Below, in pieces: positions 47,921 through 56,608 of a stretch of DNA of 64,000 nt. The DNA is taken from the sequence record OR427838.1; one strand, given 5' to 3'. Both the position numbers and the translations under genes were made by a program. The notes below the pieces were generated by a model, which was given only the letters and a program-made list of their open reading frames with translations, made no database searches and was not told the DNA's origin. This stretch comes from Escherichia phage fDHCT2. Positions within the stretch are counted from its first letter, which is position 1. Each line of letters opens with the position of its first letter.

Positions 47921-48061
47921 TTATTCCTCGCCTTCATGTTTATGAGCAATTTCTTCGAATTCGTTGTCACAGTCTATACAGGTTGCATTGTCCCAAGCAT
48001 CAAATACTGCTTGGTCTTCGCGGACCGAACAACCACATACTACACATTCTACTTCTTCCAT
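47921..48061 (-). CDS. Zinc-ribbon protein (46 aa, not in ORF track)
   Basis: CVVCGC...CIDCDN; ATG directly follows upstream stop, stop directly precedes downstream ATG. Confidence 0.45.
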   Translation of the reverse strand: MEEVECVVCGCSVREDQAVFDAWDNATCIDCDNEFEEIAHKHEGEE

Positions 48062-48265
48062 TTAGATTTCCTCAATGCGGGCATCATATTCAAAAACTTT
48101 ATTGTCATTAACAAAGGCTTTCACCAGTGCATTATTCACTTCTGCATACTGCACTGTAACCCATTCAATCATTTTTTGGTCACTAACATCCAGCGCAGTT
48201 TCTTTGGTAAACATATTACCGTTTTCAAACCAACCAATAAATACTACGATCTCTAATTTAAACAT
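48062..48265 (-). CDS. Hypothetical small protein, tandem paralog A
   Basis: 67 aa; ends YDARIEEI. Confidence 0.5.
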   Translation of the reverse strand: MFKLEIVVFIGWFENGNMFTKETALDVSDQKMIEWVTVQYAEVNNALVKAFVNDNKVFEYDARIEEI

Positions 48266-48460
48266 TTAGATTTCCTCAATACGTGCATCATGTTCATAAA
48301 CTTCTACGTCATCAACATAGGCCTTAACCAAAATACTATTGACTTCGGCGAATTGGGTAGTCACCCACACAATATCATTTTCACGTACTGAAGCTTCTTT
48401 GGTAGTGGTATCACCGTTATTAAAACAGCATACAAATTTTACCTTAACCAATTTAGACAT
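48266..48460 (-). CDS. Hypothetical small protein, tandem paralog B
   Basis: 64 aa; ends HDARIEEI. Confidence 0.5.
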   Translation of the reverse strand: MSKLVKVKFVCCFNNGDTTTKEASVRENDIVWVTTQFAEVNSILVKAYVDDVEVYEHDARIEEI

Positions 48461-48778
48461 TTAGATTTCCTCGCAGAAGGCCCATTCAGCATGATAAACC
48501 GTAGCGCCTTTAGTATCATTTAAACAAACCACATCCACCGGAGCAATTACACGATAAAGACGAGGTTCTCCTCCCACCGAACGAGCAGCTCGTCCAGCAT
48601 AAATCTTAGCCAAACCAATGTCCTCAGTAAAGAACACACGATTCAAGTTTTTCTTACGACCCGTTTCAGACAGAACTCCTGTTTCCTCAGGAGGACAAAG
48701 CATATTACCAATATTAGCAACACTACAACTTCCATGGTAATACACTTTATATTCCGCTTTACAGTCGATGGTTTTCAT
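48461..48778 (-). CDS. Hypothetical protein (start refined to ATG 48778)
   Basis: Track ORF 48461..48790. Confidence 0.5.
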   Translation of the reverse strand: MKTIDCKAEYKVYYHGSCSVANIGNMLCPPEETGVLSETGRKKNLNRVFFTEDIGLAKIYAGRAARSVGGEPRLYRVIAPVDVVCLNDTKGATVYHAEWAFCEEI

Positions 48779-48790
48779 TTTGTTCTCCAA

Positions 48791-48831
48791 GTTGATAGGT
48801 CCATAGTATCATGCCTACAGGAGAAGTAAAC
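48791..48831 (-). promoter_or_regulatory. Early-type promoter element
   Basis: GTTTAC-N17-TGA-TACTAT-GGACCTATCAAC. Confidence 0.5.
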
Positions 48832-48840
48832 CATTAAAAC

Positions 48841-48863
48841 AAAAAAGGAGCCGAAGCTCCTTA
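48841..48863 (-). terminator. Rho-independent terminator at 3-prime end of gene 41
   Basis: AAGGAGC-UUCG-GCUCCUU hairpin plus U6. Confidence 0.6.
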
Positions 48864-50300
48864 AAATTTGATAGATGCTGCTAAATCATCTAAATCGCTT
48901 CTATTAACACGCGACTGGCGATTGACCTCTGCTTGGCGGTTCATTTCACCTGTGGCCTCACGAACGGTGTTCACTGGGCCTGGGTTGGAATCGTCTTCAA
49001 CTTCGTACCAACGTTGATTTCCTTTCTTAACACCAATCTTAAATTTGTTGTAGTAGCTCTTATCACCATAACGAGATTTAAGCTGCTTAACCATCTGCAT
49101 ACCCATCTGAGCAAATTCTTCTGTCTCGACCACACCCAACATGAAGTCTGCGGTATGTGCAATACCAAAGGATTCAGCAATATCAGCCATATCGATTTCG
49201 GCTGCAACGTTCGCGCCACGAGTAGTCTGGGCTGCAGTCCACAGCAATAATTTCTTCTCTACTGCAAGTCCACGTAGTTCTTCAGCAACCATCTTAATCA
49301 ATCCGTAACTGTTTTCAGAGAAAACTTTCGTACGAGACGATGCACAGATGGCCAAGTAGTCAACGATAACGACCTGTGGGACAAAGTTTTGTTTGAGCTT
49401 GTATTCGTTTAATAATGCACGGAATGTATCGGCATTCGCACCGCCGGTAGGATACTGTTTAATCTTTAAACGACCTAAGGTAGCAGTTGAACGCCATTTA
49501 TCCATCTTAGCTTTATATTCAGGCCACGAGACATGACCATCATCGATATCATCCAGTGATACATCCAGAAGGTTGGCATCGATACGCTTAGCACATACTT
49601 CCTCTGCCATCTCCATGGAGATATAAAGAACATCGTAACCCGATTGAAGGTAATCAGCAGCCAATGAACAAAGACCAAGAGACTTACCTACGTTTGTTCC
49701 TGCTAACAATACGTTTTCAGTACCAAACTCGGCGCCGCCCTTGGTAATCTTATTCAGAATATTAAGACGGAATGGAACCTTACGTGCTTTATCGGAATAA
49801 CTTTTGAATCGTTCTTCATAGTCATCCATCCAGTCATGACCTAATTCAGAATCGAAACAAATCGATAATGCATCACGCATGATATCTGGAATAGCACCAA
49901 TACCTGGAAGTTTTCTATTTTGTTGCTCAACCGGAAGGTCGGCATTAGTTTGGATTTCAATGATTTTTGAAGTTGCATTATACATCGCTGCTTTCTGAAC
50001 GTATTTCTCCGTCTCTTTAACCAACCATTCTTGGTCTTCAGGTCCGGCATTCAGCGAACTTAAAAGCTCTTTAGCGCCTTGGTGTTCAACTTCTGAAAGC
50101 GTACTGTTATCTAATGCAATGCTCAGCGCGTTCTTAGAAGGCACTGCATTATATTCATTGACATGTTTTTTAATTTCTTTGAAAAGGGTCTTTGCAGGAC
50201 CCTGGTCAAAATAAGAATCATTCATATAAGGCCAGACCTTAGTGAAATAATCACTATTGCCTAACAGTTGAGCCAAAATAGTTTCTACCACTTCCACCAC
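48861..50300 (-). CDS. 41: Replicative DNA helicase gp41 (DnaB-like)
   Basis: 479 aa (T4 gp41 475); Walker A GTNVGKS; N-terminus SDYFTKVWPYM. Confidence 0.92.
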   Translation of the reverse strand: MVEVVETILAQLLGNSDYFTKVWPYMNDSYFDQGPAKTLFKEIKKHVNEYNAVPSKNALSIALDNSTLSEVEHQGAKELLSSLNAGPEDQEWLVKETEKYVQKAAMYNATSKIIEIQTNADLPVEQQNRKLPGIGAIPDIMRDALSICFDSELGHDWMDDYEERFKSYSDKARKVPFRLNILNKITKGGAEFGTENVLLAGTNVGKSLGLCSLAADYLQSGYDVLYISMEMAEEVCAKRIDANLLDVSLDDIDDGHVSWPEYKAKMDKWRSTATLGRLKIKQYPTGGANADTFRALLNEYKLKQNFVPQVVIVDYLAICASSRTKVFSENSYGLIKMVAEELRGLAVEKKLLLWTAAQTTRGANVAAEIDMADIAESFGIAHTADFMLGVVETEEFAQMGMQMVKQLKSRYGDKSYYNKFKIGVKKGNQRWYEVEDDSNPGPVNTVREATGEMNRQAEVNRQSRVNRSDLDDLAASIKF

Positions 50301-50614
50301 CTCTTAGATTTAATTTTATCCAGTTCTTCTTGTATTTGCATTGTAACACATTTTTCTACATGAAGCGCTAGCTCTTCTTTTCGGTCTTCGGAAGGTGTTC
50401 CGAAATCAACCGACACTTTTCCATCTTTCTCAATAACAATATTCATCACATAAACGATGTGAGCAGTGCCATCGGGTAAAGTAAGCATAATTTCCTGCTT
50501 AACCGAACCCATTGACTTACGGATTATATCTAATGATTTCTCATAATAACGAGGGTCACTAGGACCCTCTTCGGTATCTTTAACAAAATTATCTAAATCA
50601 GATAAATCAGTCAT
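50285..50614 (-). CDS. 40: Hypothetical protein at gene 40 position (head vertex assembly chaperone in T4)
   Basis: 109 aa between 41 and uvsX. Confidence 0.5.
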   Translation of the reverse strand: MTDLSDLDNFVKDTEEGPSDPRYYEKSLDIIRKSMGSVKQEIMLTLPDGTAHIVYVMNIVIEKDGKVSVDFGTPSEDRKEELALHVEKCVTMQIQEELDKIKSKRWWKW

Positions 50615-51788
50615 GATCGCTCACAAAATTCATATTTTCTAAATCGTTTTCTATATCAGCGGCGCTTTGGGTATTTCCACCTAATTTAACAGCAACGTTC
50701 TTAGAGACACGAGAGTTAATAAGGTCGTTCACCGCATCGTCAACTTCTTTAATAGAATTAATTGCACCGAGCTTATACTTATTCTCGATTGCTTCACGGA
50801 ACGGAGCATGTTTAAACAGCGGTCCCCAGAACTCGACACAATCGGTAGCTTTAGCACGCCATGATTTTTCTTCTTGAACCATTTCACCTGTGGTTTCGTC
50901 AAGGAATGCACGATTATACCAACCAGCTTTAGGTTTCACAACAAAGCCAATATCAGTAGCCATTTCAAGCAATCCACTGAATGGGTCGATACCACCTTCA
51001 AAGTTCACAGTAATTGGGAACGTTGATTTCTCTTTAACAGTACGAGATTTTTCGGCCTTCAGGGTGAAGTCATAACCAGTGAGCTCGGTGCCATCTTTAA
51101 CCTGACGTTTAGAGATAAAGAATACGGTAGAAGCAGAGTACAGAATACCGGTACCGCCACCCATAATCTCTTTAGGATACATTCCACCAATTTCCATAGC
51201 CGTATGGTTAATTGCTACACAAGGGATATCCTTGATGGTCAGATAAGGTGTTACGATACGGAACAGAGATTTCAGTGACTTAGCACGGGTCATATCACCT
51301 ACAACTTTCTCGTTCAAAGCATCTTCGGTTTCTTTCTTAGAAGCGGTGTTACCGATGGAGTCGATAAAGATAATAACCTTTTCACCACGAGTAATTTCTT
51401 CTAATTGGTTGGTCATGTCAACCTTCAGTTGTTCAACTGACTGGATTGGCGTATGAACCACACGTTCCAGGTCAACACCCATTGAACGGAAATAAGATTC
51501 TGAAGCACCGAACTCAGAGTCATAGAACAAGCAAATTGCGTCTGGATATTTCTTCATATATGCTGCAACCATGGTAAGTCCAAACAATGTTTTAAAGTGT
51601 TTAGATGGAGCAGCAAAGATTGTCAAACCTGATTGTAAGCCTGCATTCAACGCACCACCCAATGCAATATTCAGCATAGGGATACGAGTAGGAACTTCGT
51701 CACGACCATTAAACAATTTGGATTTGGTCAGGTCGGCAGTCATTTTAGAAGTAGAAGCTTTAATCAAACGGGATTTTAAATCAGACAT
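50607..51788 (-). CDS. uvsX: UvsX recombinase (RecA-like)
   Basis: 393 aa (T4 UvsX 391); RecA-fold blocks. Confidence 0.92.
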   Translation of the reverse strand: MSDLKSRLIKASTSKMTADLTKSKLFNGRDEVPTRIPMLNIALGGALNAGLQSGLTIFAAPSKHFKTLFGLTMVAAYMKKYPDAICLFYDSEFGASESYFRSMGVDLERVVHTPIQSVEQLKVDMTNQLEEITRGEKVIIFIDSIGNTASKKETEDALNEKVVGDMTRAKSLKSLFRIVTPYLTIKDIPCVAINHTAMEIGGMYPKEIMGGGTGILYSASTVFFISKRQVKDGTELTGYDFTLKAEKSRTVKEKSTFPITVNFEGGIDPFSGLLEMATDIGFVVKPKAGWYNRAFLDETTGEMVQEEKSWRAKATDCVEFWGPLFKHAPFREAIENKYKLGAINSIKEVDDAVNDLINSRVSKNVAVKLGGNTQSAADIENDLENMNFVSDHD

Positions 51789-51840
51789 TATATTTTTCCA
51801 TAGGCATCATTATATTTTACTCACGTTTTAAGATAGGGTA

Positions 51841-51869
51841 ATTATATCACTTCACATTTACAGCGTTAA
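51841..51869 (-). promoter_or_regulatory. Candidate promoter for uvsX (extended -10 TGATATAAT)
   Basis: TTAACG-N17-TATAAT; downstream box resembles the early-element box (TTACCCTATC). Confidence 0.35.
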
Positions 51870-52759
51870 AGGACCACGTCCTCATAACTTGGCATTTCGT
51901 GCTCAGAATGGATATGGGCGCCGAAATAAATGAATTCAGCTAGACCAGGATGGAATACTAAACCTGGGTTCTCATGATAAATGATATGAGGTCTTGATTT
52001 CAGAATCTGATAATATTCAACCTTACTTGGTTTGAATTTAATAATCTCTACATCAGGACGATAGTCTTCACGCTTAAATGAATCATTCGGGTCGGTGATA
52101 TAAAGACGAGCACCTTCAGCCGCAGCTTGGTCTACAACTCTTTCGAATTGATAACACTTATCCGAAATACGGAATGGGTGGAAAATACCATCAATTTTAA
52201 TAGGCGCTAGACCTTCAGAGTAACGCTCAATTACTGCCGGATTAATTACCTTTTGGTCTACAAAAATCTTATCAGAGGACGCACCTCGTGACACCAGGAC
52301 GTCTTTCTGACATTGGTTCAAGACTGTAGTATAAATCGAACGTTCAACTGAAGACACGTCGGTATCAATAAACTCATCGATGTAATAACGAGGAACTTCA
52401 GGGTCCATTGTAATGTTAAAGTTGAATTGTACAGTCTGAGCACCATCATAACCAGTGATATCGGTTACTAATCCCGAGCAGTCATAGTATTCGATTAACG
52501 AATCAACGACAAACTCATTTTCGGACCAAAAATGTTTACGGGTCTCATAAGCATTTTCTTTATACCAAAGCGGCACGAAATTCAGTTCAGGAAATAATTC
52601 AATACATTCTTTGATATCGCTCGAATTTCTAGGATAAGCCAGATAATCACCTGGGCAAGCACGGTTTAAATGGAGTTGGAAATTACCGTCCTTAAGGACG
52701 GCATATTCACCTGTTTCGTAACTACGCATACTGAAAATAGGAACGATAAACAAACTCAT
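51866..52759 (-). CDS. Uncharacterised protein at the locus where T4 encodes beta-glucosyltransferase
   Basis: 297 aa; no motif I can assign; ATGA overlap with gene 42 homolog. Confidence 0.5.
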   Translation of the reverse strand: MSLFIVPIFSMRSYETGEYAVLKDGNFQLHLNRACPGDYLAYPRNSSDIKECIELFPELNFVPLWYKENAYETRKHFWSENEFVVDSLIEYYDCSGLVTDITGYDGAQTVQFNFNITMDPEVPRYYIDEFIDTDVSSVERSIYTTVLNQCQKDVLVSRGASSDKIFVDQKVINPAVIERYSEGLAPIKIDGIFHPFRISDKCYQFERVVDQAAAEGARLYITDPNDSFKREDYRPDVEIIKFKPSKVEYYQILKSRPHIIYHENPGLVFHPGLAEFIYFGAHIHSEHEMPSYEDVVL

Positions 52760-53454
52760 TTCAGGAATCCTCGAACGTAGTCAAAATCACGTTCAAATAC
52801 GTGTGCACTAACCATAGTATGGGAATACGTACCCAGACCAACACCACACTGTTCAGCAATAAAGGCCATCAGTTTACCCTGCAGATAGAAATCCAGCTGC
52901 ATAACGATAGCACAGTTCTGTGAACGCATATGAGTATGTGCATACAGACGTCCATCACGAATATAATATGTTACCGAATCGGTACATGGATATTCTAGGG
53001 ATTCGTCAGAATCAAGGAGGGCTTGGTCTTGTTCTTGGAGAATTTGGAACACAACTCGTCTCGAGTTAGGCTTTTCTTTAAGCTCTTTAAGTAGGGCTGG
53101 GAGTTGGGCCACAATTCGAGGTCCATAGAAAGTGTTGAAGTTTGCAGGCAATACGTCACTTTTCGGCTTATCAATGAACTTAGCAACATTAGGGTATTCC
53201 TTAAATGCTTCGGCAGCGTCAGTACCACCAGAAATCATAAATTTCCAAAAGGATTCGGCATATTCATAACTGATACGATTGATACGTGGGTCGGTGAATT
53301 TATAGGTGCTGGCATCCAGTACTTCTATAGAAGCAGAACCAATTTCATAACAACGTCCGATACGAGAATCAACTGCAAACTGTGGAGCTTCCAGGATTTC
53401 TTCGTTCATTTGTTTAAATGCATTTTCAAAACTAACAGCGGTAATGTGTTTCAT
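52756..53454 (-). CDS. 42: Thymidylate-synthase-fold pyrimidine hydroxymethylase/methylase, divergent gene 42 homolog
   Basis: 232 aa; blocks align to T4 dCMP hydroxymethylase: PNSRR, PCTDSVTYYIRDGRLY...MRSQN (catalytic Cys), SAHVFERDF. Confidence 0.7.
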   Translation of the reverse strand: MKHITAVSFENAFKQMNEEILEAPQFAVDSRIGRCYEIGSASIEVLDASTYKFTDPRINRISYEYAESFWKFMISGGTDAAEAFKEYPNVAKFIDKPKSDVLPANFNTFYGPRIVAQLPALLKELKEKPNSRRVVFQILQEQDQALLDSDESLEYPCTDSVTYYIRDGRLYAHTHMRSQNCAIVMQLDFYLQGKLMAFIAEQCGVGLGTYSHTMVSAHVFERDFDYVRGFLK

Positions 53455-53987
53455 TTATTCACCTTATTTTCAATATATTCGTTCAGACGTTTTAATTCTA
53501 CCATATCAACATTAAGCAAATTATTATGGCCGTCATGATTTAAGATTTTAAACACGTTTTCAAAACATGTTTCGTATTGCTGGATAGTTAGGTTGAACTC
53601 ATCTTTGGTTAATTTAATAAGGTCATCTTCGAAGTCTTCATCTAATGGATTACGGGTTAAAATAACCTCGATAACGTTAAATTCGGATTTAAACCCTTTC
53701 CAATCTTCCAGTTCTACATAAGGGTCCATTTCACCACGAAGGAATCCTGAGTAAACAATATTACTTGGATAACCACGGTCAAGGATGTAAACGAAATTAG
53801 GGTCTAAAAACTTATACAACGTCTCGACTAAAGCCTTATCATTATCAGTTCCTAATGAAATACACTTGCCATTAATCTTTTTAGGAAAATCAATAAGGCG
53901 GTATTTCTTATTGGATAACAGATTTTTAATTAAAGTGGACTTCCCGGAATTATCTGGGCCGTCTATAACAATGATTTTTGGATTCAT
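53451..53987 (-). CDS. P-loop nucleotide/nucleoside kinase (thymidylate-kinase-like)
   Basis: 178 aa; N-terminal IVIDGPDNSGKSTL Walker A. Confidence 0.55.
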   Translation of the reverse strand: MNPKIIVIDGPDNSGKSTLIKNLLSNKKYRLIDFPKKINGKCISLGTDNDKALVETLYKFLDPNFVYILDRGYPSNIVYSGFLRGEMDPYVELEDWKGFKSEFNVIEVILTRNPLDEDFEDDLIKLTKDEFNLTIQQYETCFENVFKILNHDGHNNLLNVDMVELKRLNEYIENKVNK

Positions 53988-54367
53988 GGATGATAGGCCT
54001 TATAACTATCAAGAGTTCCTTCACGAACCAATTCTTTAAAGTGGTCTGGACGGATTGCTCGGTCATCGATGATAAAAGTATAACTCGGCTTGTGTGTAAG
54101 CAAATTGTGATATTTCAATCCAATTTTTTCAAGGTTCTTAACCAATGCAGGAACTACTTCAACCAAGATTCGACCTGGGCCACATGAAGTCATGCCACGG
54201 GCAGTGAATAATGTAATCTCGTACCCTTCATCATAAAGCTTATTAATCATGGACACCATTTCGGTGTCCGGTTTAAAGTTCTCATAATCACGGTCATGGT
54301 TCCAAATCGTGATTGTGTTATCGATATCAAAACATAAATGTGGTTTATTTTCTACTCGATGCGACAT
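53984..54367 (-). CDS. HAD-superfamily phosphatase
   Basis: HAD motif I FDIDNT near N-terminus; start refined to ATG 54367 (TAATG overlap); alternative start 54382. Confidence 0.55.
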   Translation of the reverse strand: MSHRVENKPHLCFDIDNTITIWNHDRDYENFKPDTEMVSMINKLYDEGYEITLFTARGMTSCGPGRILVEVVPALVKNLEKIGLKYHNLLTHKPSYTFIIDDRAIRPDHFKELVREGTLDSYKAYHP

Positions 54368-56040
54368 TAAATTTTCTTCCATTGTTTGTGGAGTTCAGTA
54401 GAACCTGTAGGTTTATATTTTACACCAGTTTCCTGGTCAAGCAAAACCCACTTATCAGGACAACGAGTAATAATTTGAGCCGTGATAGGGTCACGAACTT
54501 CATCGACAAATTCACCAGTAATAAGCTTACGCTTACGAGGATGCCGCTTCAGCAGCACACTCAGTTGGTACAAACCGTTATAATAAGCACCCAGAGCTTT
54601 CAGAGGGTTATTCTTAAAGTAACCTGCCAGCGCCATCCAAATAACAGCAATCCAGAGCTTGTGCTTAAATGTGCACATAGGAATATCGTCTAAAGGCATA
54701 ACCTTTTCAATATCAACGAATACACGAGTTCCATTACGAGTTAATCCACCCCATAGAGGGTCTGAGTTAAATTTGTCATAGCCATCGATAGAATAAAGCA
54801 CCTTAGCTTCATCATAAATCGCAGGGCCTTTAGAACTATTACCGAAATAACCACGTGGGTCGATGATTTTAATATCACCTTCGTCCGACAGCATAATATT
54901 ACTGTAGTGCGGGTCACCATGAATAAGTTGGTACGGTTCTTTATGTTCAGACAGAATTTCTAATGCATGGCGGAGAAGTTTTTCAGGGTCGCCTACTTTG
55001 AAATCGTTGACATGGGTAATGCCCTGTGGAGCAAAGCCTTCAATCAATCCGGCAATAGAAGCATTACGAATAAGGACCTTGTCCAATACTTCTTTCTTAA
55101 CATCGGAATACCATTGTTCATCGGACGGATTATCAATAGTTCCACCAAATGAACGTAATGCACTAATGACCTTATAAACCATGAGGACTTTAGTTTCTTT
55201 GGACATAAACCGGTAGGCATCTGCCATGGTCCGACCAAAGATACGTTCCATTTTAATGAATTCGCCTGGAGAAAAGTCTACAATGCTAGGAACGAATTCA
55301 GAATCAATAGAATTATACCAATTGATTTCTTTAGATTGAATTTCTTTACCTAAATCGTTAGTTGGTACTTTAATAGCCAGATTCTCAGTGAACTCTAATT
55401 TATTAAATTCACGGTTAATTTCAGAATCTTCATGGGCCTTAGCCAGTTTCAATTTGTCACCGACATCAACCACAAAGTCCAGCTTACGTTCAGTCAAATG
55501 GACCATCGAATCCAGGTTGTCTGCAAGGTCTTCGCCATAATTAGAACGGTCGAAACCTGTCCAATTAGCCACCTGATACAAACCAACCACACCACCGCCA
55601 GTACCAATTTCACGCAAGTACGGTTCTTCAAATGTAAAACGACAGTCGGTCCCATAGGTATAACAGTAGTCGTTATCCCACTCAACTTTATGACCTTCAG
55701 GAATAATATCACACCAGTTAAACAAGACATTATGCCCAATGATATCTTCAGCAATGCAATCGATAGCATGAGCTGAACCATTAGCAACATCAACGTTACG
55801 AATAGTGAATTTAGGCTTATCACCAGTAATCATGTTAATGGATTTGATATAGCCTTTAACGAGGTCGTTAAATTTGCTGTGAATAACCAGAATAATTTCA
55901 TCTGATTGGTTACTATACAAATCATACAAATGCTTTAATACCGTATGTTGTTTGTAGTTAACCAATACCTTCGGGATTTCGTTAGTAATTGGATACAACC
56001 GTGAGCCAAGACCCGCGCCTAAAATAACAACCTTTTTCAT
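54367..56040 (-). CDS. Bifunctional sugar-1-phosphate nucleotidyltransferase (N-terminal) / sugar kinase (C-terminal)
   Basis: Start refined to ATG 56040 (GAGGAA SD); N-terminus ILGAGLGSRLYPITNEIPKVLV; C-terminal HGDPHYSNIML...IKIIDPRG Brenner-type kinase motif. Confidence 0.6.
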   Translation of the reverse strand: MKKVVILGAGLGSRLYPITNEIPKVLVNYKQHTVLKHLYDLYSNQSDEIILVIHSKFNDLVKGYIKSINMITGDKPKFTIRNVDVANGSAHAIDCIAEDIIGHNVLFNWCDIIPEGHKVEWDNDYCYTYGTDCRFTFEEPYLREIGTGGGVVGLYQVANWTGFDRSNYGEDLADNLDSMVHLTERKLDFVVDVGDKLKLAKAHEDSEINREFNKLEFTENLAIKVPTNDLGKEIQSKEINWYNSIDSEFVPSIVDFSPGEFIKMERIFGRTMADAYRFMSKETKVLMVYKVISALRSFGGTIDNPSDEQWYSDVKKEVLDKVLIRNASIAGLIEGFAPQGITHVNDFKVGDPEKLLRHALEILSEHKEPYQLIHGDPHYSNIMLSDEGDIKIIDPRGYFGNSSKGPAIYDEAKVLYSIDGYDKFNSDPLWGGLTRNGTRVFVDIEKVMPLDDIPMCTFKHKLWIAVIWMALAGYFKNNPLKALGAYYNGLYQLSVLLKRHPRKRKLITGEFVDEVRDPITAQIITRCPDKWVLLDQETGVKYKPTGSTELHKQWKKI

Positions 56041-56068
56041 TATCTGTTCCTCAAGTGAATGTAGGTAC

Positions 56069-56100
56069 ATTATACACTATTTTTAATAAATTGGTATTGC
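56069..56100 (-). promoter_or_regulatory. Candidate extended -10 promoter upstream of nucleotidyltransferase-kinase gene
   Basis: TGTATAAT on minus strand; weak -35. Confidence 0.3.
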
Positions 56101-56601
56101 TTAAATCTTATCTTTACCGATTTCAATACACTGTTCTATTGCCGCCGGTACTTTGGTCTTGAGCTTATCGATTTGTTTCTTATAATCACGAGCTTTACCG
56201 AAGCTCTCGGTTTCGAGCATTTCGTAATAACGAGCCTCGTGGATGGAAATCTGTAGATTGATATGGTTTACGCACATCGCATACAGTTTCTGCTTTTTGT
56301 ACAAATCATCTTGACGCTTCATTTCTGCCTGGTGTTTGGCTAGTACCGCTTCACGCTTAGACTCTTGTTCACGTTGGAATTCGATTTCCCTTTGAGCATA
56401 TTTTGCACAGTTATTACCGCATTGATTATTAGCTCGGGTATACACAAGTCCGGAACCAGCACGGAATTTCATTTCGCCATCGAATTGTTTCTGTTCAGCT
56501 GCGATACGAGCTTTACCAACTTCATCAGCCGAAACTGCATCGCCATATTGGACCGCGCAACCTGATAGGAGCATACTCATTGCGATAATTAACTTTTTCA
56601 T
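56101..56601 (-). CDS. Putative lipoprotein
   Basis: 166 aa; signal peptide with lipobox LLSGC; GAGGA SD. Confidence 0.55.
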   Translation of the reverse strand: MKKLIIAMSMLLSGCAVQYGDAVSADEVGKARIAAEQKQFDGEMKFRAGSGLVYTRANNQCGNNCAKYAQREIEFQREQESKREAVLAKHQAEMKRQDDLYKKQKLYAMCVNHINLQISIHEARYYEMLETESFGKARDYKKQIDKLKTKVPAAIEQCIEIGKDKI

Positions 56602-56608
56602 AATATCC

